The notes under the pieces are model-generated. The model had not been told where the DNA came from, did not search any database, and worked only from the letters and a program-made list of their open reading frames with translations. A DNA stretch of 64,000 nucleotides from Gemmatimonadota bacterium (lineage in GTDB: Bacteria; Gemmatimonadota; Gemmatimonadetes; Gemmatimonadales; GWC2-71-9): the NCBI GenBank assembly GCA_036679605.1, contig JAZDCZ010000291.1:26168-90167 (forward strand), in the 5' to 3' direction. The stretch's first letter is position 1; each line of letters starts with the position of its first letter. This document shows positions 9,594-20,355 of this stretch, piece by piece. The position numbers and the translations under genes are program-made.

Positions 9594-12545
9594 ATGATCC
9601 GCTTGTGTCGCGTCGCGCTCGGCCTTGTCCTCGCAGTGTCTGCACCGTCCGTCGCCACGGCGCAGAGCGACACCGACGGCTGGCGCACGATCGAGTTCGA
9701 GACGAGCCAGGTCACCGCGCCCGACATCGCGATCACGCCCGACGGCCAGTCGCTGATCTTCACACTGCTCGGGCACCTGTTCCGCTTGCCCGTCGAGGGT
9801 GGTGAAGCCGAACAGCTCACCTGTGTTCTCGCAAGACGGCAGCCGGGTGGCATTCATCTCCGATCGGGACGGGAGCGAAGGCAACGTCTTTGTTCTGGAG
9901 CTAGCCGATGGGCAGATTGCGCAGGTCACGCACGAAGTCTGGGCGGGCCGGCCCATCTGGTCTCCTGATGGCGAGGAGATTGTGTATCTGCGGTTCCTGC
10001 GTGACGTATCGGGGCGGTTCTTTGTACTCTCTGAAGTGCGCCGGGTTACCCTGCGCACAGGAGTGCTGGAAACCGTCAGTGCTACCGCGCGGGAGTTCGG
10101 CTCGGTCTTCTATCTGCCGGATGGCCGCTTAGCGTGGACCATCATCGAGCGCCAGGCTCAGATTGGATCTCCCCGTGCAACCACACGGATCGAGGTGGTG
10201 AATCTGCAGGGCGCGGTCTCCCCGCTGCGCACCGTTGAGGGCGTCGTGCACCGTGTCGTACCGAGTCCCACCGACGGTGGTCTCTATTATCGGCGCTATT
10301 TACAGTTGAGCGACCTATTGCTTCAACCGGAAGGTTTGCTGTTCGTGCCGCTCCCCGAGGGTGACGAGCGACAAATCGTATCCGTGTCGAGCTGGCACTT
10401 TTGGTGGTGGAGGCCGCGATTTTCGGTGGCCAGCGACAACAGGACTCTATATGTGGGCGACTCGGGGCGGCTGTGGAAGATTGCGCTGCCCAATGGTGCC
10501 CGCGAACCCATTGCATTTCGCGCCCGTGTTCAACAGGACCTTCAAGACCCGGTGCGGCCACCTAGATGGGAGGCGACGGCACTTGGAGGCTCGGCGGCGC
10601 CGCGCACCGTCTTGCACCCCAGGCTCTCGCCGGACGGCCGCAGGCTGATCTTTGGAGCGGCTGGCTTTCTCTGGGAGCAATCCCTCGGCTCCGGTCAGGG
10701 TGCACCATCGGGTGGCGGACAGGCGACGCGACTGTTTCAGGGGAATACGTTCGAGCAAGCCCCTGCTTTTTCGCCCGACGGACGGCAGTTGGCATTCGTT
10801 CGCAGCGAGGATGGCGAACGAGAAGTCAGAGTCTTCAACTTCGAAAACCGACAGGAGCGCACGCTGGCTTCTGGGCTGCGGTATGGGCAGCCAAGCTGGA
10901 CTCGCGACGGGGAGCGGCTCGTCTTCACCGAGTTTGCATCCGGGAACGCTAGCCTAGTTGCCGTGGTAGCTGGTCGCGCCCGCACCTCTCTGCTGACGGG
11001 GAATCGCTTTACTACTCGGCCAACCTAACCGGCACCAGGACCCTCTACCGCCTCCCGCTGAAGGGAACCGCCAATCCGCAGCCGATCACGCAACTGGCGC
11101 GCCACCTGAACGACGGTCTCGTCTCCCCGGATGGGAAATGGCTAGCCTTCCGGCGCAACAGTGAAATCTGGGTAGCGTCCCTTGGTACCGAGCCCGTCGA
11201 TGAGACCGACATCCATCAGCTCAGCCCGGACGGGGGCGACAGTTTCGACTTTACCGCCGACGGCTCGGCGGTGATCTATTCCGCCGGTAACCGCGTGTGG
11301 CACCACCCACTTGGGGTCGGCGAGTCGGAGGAGATACCCATCCGGCTGGAACTTCAGCCCCCCATGCCGCCCTCTGTGCTGGTGCGGCGGGTGCGCGTGC
11401 TCGATTTCGACGCGGGCGGCTTTGGTCCGGAAACTTCTCTCTTCATCGAGCAGGGGCGCATCCGCTGGATTGGCCCTCAACGTGGACGACGGGTTCCACG
11501 CGAGACCGTCGTTGTCGACGGAGGTGGCCGATTTGCCATACCCGGTTTGTTCGACGCGCACGTGCACAACATCGGAAGTGATCAGGCTGCCTTTCTGGCG
11601 TATGGCATCACCTCGGTGCGCGACCCAGGCGGCGGACTTGCCCACTTGAACACGATGGCGGATCGAGGTGAAACCACCGGCGATCCCGGGCTACGCTACT
11701 TCTTCTCGGGTGACGTTTTCCACGGCGCCCAGCCGTTTTTCAGTGGGTTGCTCCAGATTGTCAACGAAGGCGAAGCTCGAACCCATGTGCGCCGCTGGAA
11801 GGAACAGGGCGCCCAGTTCATGAAGGTCTATACCGACCTGCCCTGGCCGTTGCAGCGGGCGGTGGCGGAGGAAGCCCGACTGCTGGATCTGCCCGTAGCT
11901 GGGCACGGGATGAGTGTGGAAGAAATTACCAAGAGCGTGACCCTGGGATACGCTGTCTTGGAACATGTCAGTATGAACCATCGCCTCTACGACGACGTGC
12001 TCCAGATGCTGGCCGCCGCGGGCACGCGGTGGGACCCGACGCTGGGGGTGCTGGGAGGCAATGACTTGTTGCTGCGGGAGGAACCCGAACGCCTTGCGGA
12101 CGCGAAGTTGCGGGCATTCGCCTCGGCGCAGGCCCTGCGCGCCGCCCGGATCGGCTGGAACATCATAGGGACCAAAGTCTTGCGGGGGTATGTGTTCGAA
12201 CAGCTCGCGGGAATCCGCGCCGCCCATCGGCGGGGCGTCAAACTCTTAGCGGGAACCGACGCTCAGCCAGGGAGTCTAGTCGGGTCGTCCCTCCACTGGG
12301 AGCTGGAACTCTTTGCCCAAGCCGGGCTGCCGCCACTGGACGTGCTCCGCATCGCCACCCAAGAGGCGGCAGCGGCCGTTGGCGCGGAGGACGACCTCGG
12401 CACACTCGAGGTCGGCAAGCTCGCCGACATCGTGCTGCTCGATGCGAATCCCTTAGAGGACATCAAAAACACGCAGACGATCTGGCGCGTGATCAAGGGT
12501 GGGTTCGTGTTCGATCCGGAGGAGTTACGACCGGAGCGGAACTAA
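9594..12545 (+). pseudogene. Secreted PD40/TolB-repeat amidohydrolase, broken by two frameshifts
   Basis: Signal peptide plus TPDGQSLIF (from 9594), frame change near 9820, SPDG repeats, frame change near 10965, then PGLFDAHVH, AGTDA and GTLEVGKLADIV ending at 12545. Confidence 0.75.
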
Positions 12546-12713
12546 CCCGCGAGAATAGAACAGGCCCGGCAGGACTCATCGTGTTAGCGGGAAACCGCGG
12601 AGCCGGGCTTTGGCAAAACTCTTTCAATGCACATTCATGCACACGAGAGGGTTTTCGAGGGGTGACAGACCAGGGTCGGATAGCGAAAAGCCCTGTCTGA
12701 CGGGGGTTCTGGA

Positions 12714-12806
12714 GTGGCCAGGGGTGGAATTGGTTGCGAAGCAGACGCGAGTGGGGTTGTGGCGGGGGGAGGACGTCAACCACCGACACGAGGATTTTCA
12801 GTCCTC
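12714..12806 (-). pseudogene. tRNA-Phe(GAA) 3'-half remnant interrupted in the T-loop by a 45-bp insert
   Basis: Minus strand reads GAGGA-CTGAAAA-TCCTC GTGTC GGTGG TT [insert 12777-12733] CAATT CCACC CCTGGCCA. Confidence 0.7.
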
Positions 12807-13016
12807 CTACGGGGTGGTACTGACAGGTACCAGTGTACACCAGTGACGCAGAAACGGGCTTTGCTGCACCTTCCTCGGGGTGCTTCAGTGTCTTTCCGCG
12901 ACACCAGTGTACAGGGGTTGGCGCACATTCGAGACGCACGGAAGAGTCGTCAATGGGACCTAGGACGCTGGATTTGATCGCTGGCCACCTGAGCGTCGGC
13001 GCTGCATCTTAGCCCC

Positions 13017-14657
13017 ATGACCGAGATCACGTCCAAGCTCTCGACCGCCCTCGCCGACCGCTACAAGATCGAACACCGAGTCGACGTGTCACTTTCGATG
13101 AGGCGGCTCATGGGATTGGCGGCGATTCCCTTGATCGCCAGCCTATGCCTCGGGTGCTCGTCGGCTGCTGAAGATCCGGACCGCAGCTCGACGATGACCA
13201 TCCTCGCGGATCACAGCGACAAGACCATCAATCGCTACCAGACGAAGTTCCTGCTGTGGCTTCCACTGGCAAGCGGCCCGGAGTGGGCAGACGAATTCGA
13301 AGCAAGGCGTCGGCTCGCCGAATCGTGGGAACACTCTCCGGACTATCGCACCTGGACGTATCACCTACGGGACGACGTGCGGTGGCACGACGGCGTTCCT
13401 GTCACCGCGCACGATGTGGCGTTCAGTCTCGATCTGTTCGGCCACCCCGATGTGCTGTTCGCTGCGGGCGGCGGCTTGGCGTCCTTGATCGATTCGATGT
13501 CCGTGCCCGACGACCACACGCTCACGCTGGCTTTGACGATGCCGGCCTACCTGGGCGGCATGGGTTGGACGGTCTACTTTCCTAGACATCTGCTCCAGGA
13601 CCTCGACCCCGCCGATTTCTACGAGTGGGACTTCTGGACGCGGCCGGTCGGCAACGGCCCCTACCGCTTCGTGCGGCATGTTCCAAAAACGGTGCTCGAA
13701 CTCGAGTCGAACCCGGACTTTTACGCCGGGGAGCCAGCGATCAAGCGGGTGTTGGTGAAGTTCAGCAGCGCGAACCCGGTCATCGAGCTGACGAGCGGCA
13801 CCGTGGATGTCGCTTCCAATATTGGGCCGACCGCTGTGTACCGGTTCAGAGCCGATCCCCGGTTCGTGGTCTACCACCGGTACGACTGGTCCGAGCTGCA
13901 GCTCATTTACTGGAACCAGCGCCACCCGCTGTTCGCCGAGGCCGCAGTTCGATTGGCGCTGAGCCACGCGATCGATCGGCGCGGAATCGCGCAAGCGATG
14001 GACTTGCCTGATGAGATGCCATTGATTGGCGGACTGTCGAACCAGGTTCTGGGAGACCATCCGTATACACGCAGAGGGTGGGATCAGGGTCCGGCCTACG
14101 ATCCTGCGACGGCGAAACGGCTCCTGGATCAGGCGGGCTGGATCGACAGCGACGGGGACGGGATTCGCGAGAGGGATGGCCGGGAGGCGCGTTTCGCCCT
14201 GTTGGCCAGGCGCGGACGGTACCCCGCTGCCGAGGCACTGGCGCTACTCATTCAGGATCAGTTGCAGCGCGTGGGAGTCTCGACCGAGATCCGCTCGATG
14301 GCAGGTGGCCTCGCCCGGGACGCGATCCGCTCGGGCGACTTCGATGCGGCGATTAGCTGGTTAGTAGACCAAGATCCGCTTGATGTCCTCGAGGAATGGT
14401 TCGGCGAGCCCTTGCCCTTCGGATACTATGACGCGGAAGCCGCGCACCTGCTCGAGGCAATCGGCGCGGAGCCCGATCCCAACGCCCAGGATACTCTCTA
14501 CTCTCGGATCAACGAGATTTTCCGCCGCGACATGCCGGTCACGTTCCTCTTCCCCGGGCTCGAGAACAACGCTTCCCACCGCCGGATCCAGGGATTCCAC
14601 CCGAACCTGTTTCTGCACTTTGCGGAGGAGCTTTGGATCGAGGAGGGGAACCACTGA
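13017..14657 (+). CDS. ABC family-5 substrate-binding lipoprotein fused in frame to a kinase head
   Basis: MTEITSKLSTALADRYKIEHR, then its own probable start ATG 13098 (MRRLMG...LCLGC). SBP_bac_5 motifs; paralog of 7444-9009. Confidence 0.88.
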   Translation: MTEITSKLSTALADRYKIEHRVDVSLSMRRLMGLAAIPLIASLCLGCSSAAEDPDRSSTMTILADHSDKTINRYQTKFLLWLPLASGPEWADEFEARRRLAESWEHSPDYRTWTYHLRDDVRWHDGVPVTAHDVAFSLDLFGHPDVLFAAGGGLASLIDSMSVPDDHTLTLALTMPAYLGGMGWTVYFPRHLLQDLDPADFYEWDFWTRPVGNGPYRFVRHVPKTVLELESNPDFYAGEPAIKRVLVKFSSANPVIELTSGTVDVASNIGPTAVYRFRADPRFVVYHRYDWSELQLIYWNQRHPLFAEAAVRLALSHAIDRRGIAQAMDLPDEMPLIGGLSNQVLGDHPYTRRGWDQGPAYDPATAKRLLDQAGWIDSDGDGIRERDGREARFALLARRGRYPAAEALALLIQDQLQRVGVSTEIRSMAGGLARDAIRSGDFDAAISWLVDQDPLDVLEEWFGEPLPFGYYDAEAAHLLEAIGAEPDPNAQDTLYSRINEIFRRDMPVTFLFPGLENNASHRRIQGFHPNLFLHFAEELWIEEGNH

Positions 14658-14778
14658 GCTGTTCGCGCCCGAACCGCCATGTCCAGGGTCGCCTAACGGA
14701 CTCGACCACAGCCCGGACCCAAACCATCAGCTGCACAGCGAAGTGGCCACCTGAGCCTCGGCACTGCATCTTAGCCCC

Positions 14779-15621
14779 ATGCCCGAGATCACCTCCCGGC
14801 TCTCGACCCCGTGGAGATACGCGATGAGATTTCACACAAAGACCTTACCCTACCCGGCTTGCTTCTGCGTCCTACTCGCGGCCTGCGCTCCCAAGAGTGT
14901 CACGCAGGAGCCCAAAGAGGTGGTCGATCTTGGGGCTCTTGTAACCGAGGATCTAGCCGAGCGCGTGTGGGGCAAGGCGTTTCTAGCCGCAAACAACTTT
15001 GAGCGCCCCAATTCGTTTGAGGTGATCAATTTTGAGTTCCAGATGGAAGGCGGGAGCGTGTCAGTGTCGAATGCCTATTACACCCTTTTCAACCACGGCG
15101 GCCCCCACGTTGATGCGCCCAACCACGTTGGCGTTGGAAGCGGTCTAGATAGCTACCAGGTTGAGTCGTTTGCCGGACCAGTCAAGGTCTTCGATGTGCG
15201 TCAATTTCCCAAGGGCCGTACCATTCCCGCAGAGGCGTTCAATGAATCAGTGCAGCCAGGTGACGTCGTCCTCATCTTCACGGGCTATACACCGCCTAAG
15301 ACTGACGACGCCTTTCCTGAGACGATCACGTTGACCCGCGTAGCGGCGGAACATCTCGCAAGCATCCCGGTTCGCGCATTCGGCACGGATGCCTTTAGTG
15401 TGGCAAACTTGCAGGATACAAGCGCCGTCGACGCCGAAAGTGCAACGGCAAGAGCGGTCCCCATTCACCACTCATTCCTGTCGCGTGGGATCCCTGTGTA
15501 TGAACAGCTCTTCAACGTGGACCAACTCCTGGGCAAGGAGAACATGTACTTTGTCGGCGTGCCGTTGAATATCCGAGGCGGCGATGGGATGATCGTGCGA
15601 CCCGTCGTGTTCGTGTATTAG
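14779..15621 (+). CDS. Cyclase-family (kynurenine formamidase-like) lipoprotein fused to a kinase head
   Basis: MPEITSRLST head; own ATG at 14824; lipobox LLAAC; HGGPHVDAPNH, GDVVLIFTG, GTDAFS, PLNIRGGDG. Confidence 0.82.
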   Translation: MPEITSRLSTPWRYAMRFHTKTLPYPACFCVLLAACAPKSVTQEPKEVVDLGALVTEDLAERVWGKAFLAANNFERPNSFEVINFEFQMEGGSVSVSNAYYTLFNHGGPHVDAPNHVGVGSGLDSYQVESFAGPVKVFDVRQFPKGRTIPAEAFNESVQPGDVVLIFTGYTPPKTDDAFPETITLTRVAAEHLASIPVRAFGTDAFSVANLQDTSAVDAESATARAVPIHHSFLSRGIPVYEQLFNVDQLLGKENMYFVGVPLNIRGGDGMIVRPVVFVY

Positions 15622-15637
15622 GCGACTTAGACTATTC

Positions 15638-18232
15638 ATGACCGAAATCACGTCCAAGCTCTCGACGGCCCTCGCCGGCCGTTACAAGATAGAACGCCAC
15701 CTGGGCGAAGGTGGCATGGCCACCGTCTACCTAGCCGAGGACTTGAAGCACGAGCGTAAGGTTGCGCTCAAGGTGTTGAAGCCCGAACTGGCTGCCGTTC
15801 TAGGTGCCGACCGTTTCGTGCAGGAGATCAAGACCACCGCGAATCTTCAACATCCGCACATTTTGCCCTTGTTCGATTCAGGCGAGGCTGAGTCTTTCCT
15901 TTATTATGTCATGCCGTTCATCGACGGTGAGACGCTGCGTGACAAGCTGAACCGCGAAACGCAGCTTGGCATCGAGGAAGCGGTCAGCATCACGGCCGCT
16001 ATCGCGGACGCGCTGGACTACGCGCATCGCCAGAACGTCATCCATCGGGACATAAAACCCGAGAACATCCTGCTCCACGAGGGCCGTCCGATGGTGGCGG
16101 ACTTTGGAATTGCATTGGCGGTGAGCGCGGCAGCCGGCGGGCGCATGACTGAAACGGGTCTCTCGCTCGGCACGCCGCACTACATGAGTCCGGAGCAGGC
16201 GACCGCCGAGAAAGACCTCACTGCGCGGTCGGACATTTACTCACTCGGAAGTGTGCTGTATGAGATGTTGACGGGGGATCCACCTCACACGGGATCCTCG
16301 GCGCAAAAGATCATCATGAAGATCGTGGCGGAAGATGTGCAACCGGTGACTGAGCTGCGGAAGTCGGTGCCGCCGAACGTGGCTGCCGCGACGGCCAAGT
16401 CCTTGGAAAAACTAGCGGCGGATCGGTTCGAGAGCGCGGCGAAATTCGCGGAGGCGTTGACGGACACGCGCGTGATGTCCGCGGGGTCGTTCACTGCACA
16501 GGCGGAGAGACCGACAGAGGCATCGTTGTCGCAAATTTTTCGCTCAGGTTGGAAGCAGATCGTTGCGTTGATGGTTCTAGGCGGGGCACTTGGTTGGCTT
16601 ATGCGGCCCTCGCTCAGAGCTGAAGCACATTTGGTGACGCGCTTCACGATCCCCGTACCGCAGGGACACGTCCTGCTCGACTTTGCGCCCAACCTCGCGA
16701 TCTCGCCCGACGGGCGCACGTTAGCCTATTTCGTTGACGGTGTACTCCACAAGCGAGAACTGGACCGTGACGATCCCGTGCGATTCGACGACGCGGGGGG
16801 ATGGTGCTGTCCATCCTTCTCTAGCGACGGGAACTGGATAATGTTTTTGGATGTGCGGACGGACGTACACCGGATAGCGGTCGATGGAGGACCGGTCGTC
16901 GACGCGCCGATGCGTTTCCTGAGCGCTGAGAGCTTCATTAGGGGGCGCTATAGAGGGGGTCTCGAGCGCGCTACCGATGACGGGTGGGTGCCGATAACGA
17001 TCCCCGACAGTGTGGGTGGCGAGAGCGCCCATATGTGGCCGCAGTTGTTGCCCGGCGGCGACCTCCTACTGTTCACCGTACTCGGGCCCAGCATGATGTG
17101 GCACAACGCCCAAGTGGTCGTCGAGGAACTCGCGAGCGGAAGCCGTACCACGATCGCTGACGGCGCGACGTTCGGGCGCTATGTACCGACTGGGCACATC
17201 GTCTATACTGACGCAAATGGAACGTTAGAGGCGGTGCCGTTCGATTTGAAAGCACGGCGCGTCACCGGCGACCCCGTGGTGGTGGAGTCGGGTGTGCGCA
17301 CGGCGTATTGGGGTGGGGCGGCCTCATTTGCAATCGCCGAGAGAGGGACCTTTGCATTCGTGCGCGGCTCTAGCTGGGAGGATCACCTCCTAACGTGGGT
17401 TGATCGAAGGGGTGAACTGATCGAGCAGATCGGTAAGCCGGTGACCGTTGAGGTCCTGGACCTCTCCCCTGACGATCGGCAAGTTGTAACGTACGTGGCG
17501 TCGAGCAATGCAGACATTTCTCGATTTGATGCGATAACCGGGGATGCGGTTCGCCTGACCTTCGATCCAACCACCGAAGACAACCCCATCTGGTCTCCAG
17601 ATGGTCGGCGTATTGCCTACCGCAAGATTTACTCTGGAAATGAACATCGGATCGATATCTTGAACGTGGCTGGTCAGACGGATCCGGAGTCCGTGTTTTC
17701 CGACAGGGAAGTCTTCGTTCCCAGATCGTGGTCGCCTAATGGAGACTGGCTGTTGTTAGAGGACGGGGAGAATGATTCGATGGTCGTTGTCGACCTCGAC
17801 AACAAAGAAGTCGTAACAATCCCCCATGGCCAGCAGGGGCAGTTCTCCCCGGACGGCAGGTGGCTCGCGTATACGTCTTCCGAGACGGGGAACACGGAGG
17901 TGTACGTCATGTCCTTCCCCAGCCTTCAAGGGCGCCAACAAGTGTCGGTCAATGGTGGACGATGGCCGCGGTGGTCAGTGCAGAGTGCTGAACTGTTCTT
18001 CCGGCGAGGGGACACGATCATGGTGTCAAAGGTGTCGACGGGGGACGCGTTCGTACGGGAAGATCTACCGCGACCACTGTTGGCTGCCTCGGGGTCCCCA
18101 GAAGGAGGGTATGACGTGAGTGCCGACGGGCAGCGGTTTCTCGTGGCTGCGCGGAATCCCGACGCGCCGGCGCGGGAAATTCATGTCGTATTGAATTGGT
18201 TCGAGGAAGTGAAGGCGAAGGTGGGGAATTGA
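15638..18232 (+). CDS. Ser/Thr protein kinase K2 (kinase-TM-PD40 propeller)
   Basis: All kinase motifs intact; TM; SPDG repeats; ends WFEEVKAKVGN*. Confidence 0.92.
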   Translation: MTEITSKLSTALAGRYKIERHLGEGGMATVYLAEDLKHERKVALKVLKPELAAVLGADRFVQEIKTTANLQHPHILPLFDSGEAESFLYYVMPFIDGETLRDKLNRETQLGIEEAVSITAAIADALDYAHRQNVIHRDIKPENILLHEGRPMVADFGIALAVSAAAGGRMTETGLSLGTPHYMSPEQATAEKDLTARSDIYSLGSVLYEMLTGDPPHTGSSAQKIIMKIVAEDVQPVTELRKSVPPNVAAATAKSLEKLAADRFESAAKFAEALTDTRVMSAGSFTAQAERPTEASLSQIFRSGWKQIVALMVLGGALGWLMRPSLRAEAHLVTRFTIPVPQGHVLLDFAPNLAISPDGRTLAYFVDGVLHKRELDRDDPVRFDDAGGWCCPSFSSDGNWIMFLDVRTDVHRIAVDGGPVVDAPMRFLSAESFIRGRYRGGLERATDDGWVPITIPDSVGGESAHMWPQLLPGGDLLLFTVLGPSMMWHNAQVVVEELASGSRTTIADGATFGRYVPTGHIVYTDANGTLEAVPFDLKARRVTGDPVVVESGVRTAYWGGAASFAIAERGTFAFVRGSSWEDHLLTWVDRRGELIEQIGKPVTVEVLDLSPDDRQVVTYVASSNADISRFDAITGDAVRLTFDPTTEDNPIWSPDGRRIAYRKIYSGNEHRIDILNVAGQTDPESVFSDREVFVPRSWSPNGDWLLLEDGENDSMVVVDLDNKEVVTIPHGQQGQFSPDGRWLAYTSSETGNTEVYVMSFPSLQGRQQVSVNGGRWPRWSVQSAELFFRRGDTIMVSKVSTGDAFVREDLPRPLLAASGSPEGGYDVSADGQRFLVAARNPDAPAREIHVVLNWFEEVKAKVGN

Positions 18233-18249
18233 CTGAAATCACCTCCAAG
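18229..18249 (+). pseudogene. 7-codon orphan kinase head overlapping the K2 stop
   Basis: GGGAATTGACTGAAATCACCTCCAAG is the same tail/head junction as at 4501-4527 (LTEITSK), followed by unrelated sequence. Confidence 0.75.
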
Positions 18250-18383
18250 GAGTCCCCTTCCCGCAGGCAGGGGTTATCGCTATTCGACTTTGCGCGACGC
18301 CACGAGCTGTGTGAGTAGACCCGCGAGCGCAGCGAACGTGATGCGGCTTGCCGAGTTGTTGACCAGTGTCAACTCACCTTCCG

Positions 18384-20186
18384 TTACTGCCTACACGGCG
18401 CATTGATATCCGGGACCGGCTTGTCAACCACTACACGATGGTCCAGGTTGGCAACTCGCACCACGAGAGCCTGCATAAACCCGGCGACGCGGGCCAGCTT
18501 ATCATAGTCGATGTATTGCGGCTCATCTGTTAGCTGATGGTAATCGCGGTGACCACCAGTGCTCATGAAGACGATGGGAATGCCGTAACGGGCATACATG
18601 TAGTGGTCGCTGCGGCAGTAATAGTTCTGGGGATGCCCATCCGCATCAAAGGTGTAGTCGAATGTGAGTCCGTGGTTTTCATCGGTGTTCACCGCCTCGA
18701 CGATATCTCCCAGTTCCGTTGACAGGCGACGCGTTCCGATCAGTTGCACGTAGCCGGGGCCTCCGGCTTCAACGTCGTCCGGCCTCCCACGGCCGATCAT
18801 GTCCGCGTTGATATCGGCTACCATGGCTTCACGCGGTACGGTGGGATGATCCGTGAAGTACCGGGCGCCAAACAGCCCCAACTCTTCGCCGGTGTGCCAC
18901 ACGAACAGAATCGAGCGACCTGGTTTCTCGGGTGCGGCGGCCATGGCTCTCGCCACCTCCAAGACAGCCATGCTTCCACTCCCGTCGTCGTCGGCTCCGT
19001 TCTGGATCGAGTCCATTCGCGCACCATGCTGCAGCCGCAGGGCGCTCAGTATCTCTTGGATGTGTTGCTGTTCCTCGACGGTCGCTTCGCGCCGCGGGTC
19101 GTCGGCACCGCCCGGTCGCACCACCTCGAGATATGCTCTGAGCGAATCGTGGTCGACAGCGGAGGATGTCGTACCGACGTGGTCGTTGTGTGCGGAAACC
19201 ACGACATACTCCGACGAGAGGGCGGGGTCGCTCCCGCGGAGAACTGCGACGACGTTCCGCGCTGGTGCATTGGGCTTCTCCTCGGTGAATCCGAAGCTGC
19301 CGTGCAGCGGCCGGCCTTCGGCTCCGGGCTGGATGCTGTCCAACGACCCGCCCATCAATAGCTCACCGACCCGACCCGTAGCCGTCATCAAGAGTGGGCG
19401 GGTACCAGCGTCACTCTCGTCATCAGCGAGATACGGCCTCGACGAGGTCAGAAAGCCCACCACTCCCGCTGGTGCGTAATCCAGATTGACGATTACTACG
19501 GCCGCTGCCTTAGCAAACTTTTGCAGGCTCGGCCGTGCCACTGAAAACGTCGGACCGTTTGGCCCAGCAGTGGCGGCAAGCACAACGACCTTCCCCGCTC
19601 CTTGGTCGCCCGCAATCTCATCAACACCGCCCGCTTGGCCACCATAGACGACGGGGATCCCATCGACCTCGCCGGCAATACCAACCGGAATGCCTTGGAT
19701 CGGCGGGATGAGAAGGATATCCGTTCCGAGCTGCAGATCTTCCCCATCCAGAGAGACATTCGCGAATACCTTCCGTACCCTAAGCGGGATGGTTTGGAAG
19801 TATGTCCCGTTCTCTCCTGCCGGTTCCAGTCCGTAGAGCCGAGCCTGCGAGGCCAAGAAGGTCGTGCCCATGTAGTTGCCCTGTTCGCCTGCCTCCCGTC
19901 CCTGCATCGAGTCATCGGCAAAGGCGAACAAGAGTTGTCGGAGATGATCGGCGTTGACGACTACCGGCTTCTCCGGAGCAGGCGCGGGCGCCGGTGCCGG
20001 ACTGGAAGTGCCACACCCGACGGCGACGAACGAGAAGAGGAGCAAGGAGCGGACGGACCACTCCGACCTGACTGGAAGGTTGATACTCACTTGATATGCT
20101 CCTGGAATATTGAGAGTGATATGATAAATGACTGTGCTACCCATGGAAGGACCAAATGTAACATGGGGTGCGGATCGAATGTCCAC
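18384..20186 (-). CDS. M28 family peptidase with PA domain (lipoprotein; start uncertain, probably downstream of 20186)
   Basis: SAHNDH, NGADDDGSG, TGEELGL, INADMIG, RSDH, HRDYHQLTD; lipobox VAVGC. Confidence 0.85.
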   Translation of the reverse strand: MDIRSAPHVTFGPSMGSTVIYHITLNIPGAYQVSINLPVRSEWSVRSLLLFSFVAVGCGTSSPAPAPAPAPEKPVVVNADHLRQLLFAFADDSMQGREAGEQGNYMGTTFLASQARLYGLEPAGENGTYFQTIPLRVRKVFANVSLDGEDLQLGTDILLIPPIQGIPVGIAGEVDGIPVVYGGQAGGVDEIAGDQGAGKVVVLAATAGPNGPTFSVARPSLQKFAKAAAVVIVNLDYAPAGVVGFLTSSRPYLADDESDAGTRPLLMTATGRVGELLMGGSLDSIQPGAEGRPLHGSFGFTEEKPNAPARNVVAVLRGSDPALSSEYVVVSAHNDHVGTTSSAVDHDSLRAYLEVVRPGGADDPRREATVEEQQHIQEILSALRLQHGARMDSIQNGADDDGSGSMAVLEVARAMAAAPEKPGRSILFVWHTGEELGLFGARYFTDHPTVPREAMVADINADMIGRGRPDDVEAGGPGYVQLIGTRRLSTELGDIVEAVNTDENHGLTFDYTFDADGHPQNYYCRSDHYMYARYGIPIVFMSTGGHRDYHQLTDEPQYIDYDKLARVAGFMQALVVRVANLDHRVVVDKPVPDINAPCRQ

Positions 20187-20274
20187 GCGTCCTTGATGAC
20201 GCAGTGTTAGGCCGAGCGCGCCCTCTCAGTGCGGGACTCGCCAAAACCGCCGTTTTGTTGCATCTTAGTCCGCC

Positions 20275-20355
20275 ATGATCGACAACACCGTCCGGTTGTC
20301 GTCCGCCGTCGCCGATAGTTGGCGAAGACCCTCCGTCCCTCACGAGGCATATTAA
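20275..20355 (+). pseudogene. Orphan kinase head forming a leader ORF coupled (TAATG) to the oxidase gene
   Basis: MIDNTVRLSSAVAD... resembles MTDNTVRLSTAL at 63441. Promoter TCGCCA-N17-CATCTT at 20238-20266. TAA at 20353-20355 overlaps ATG 20355. Confidence 0.8.
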
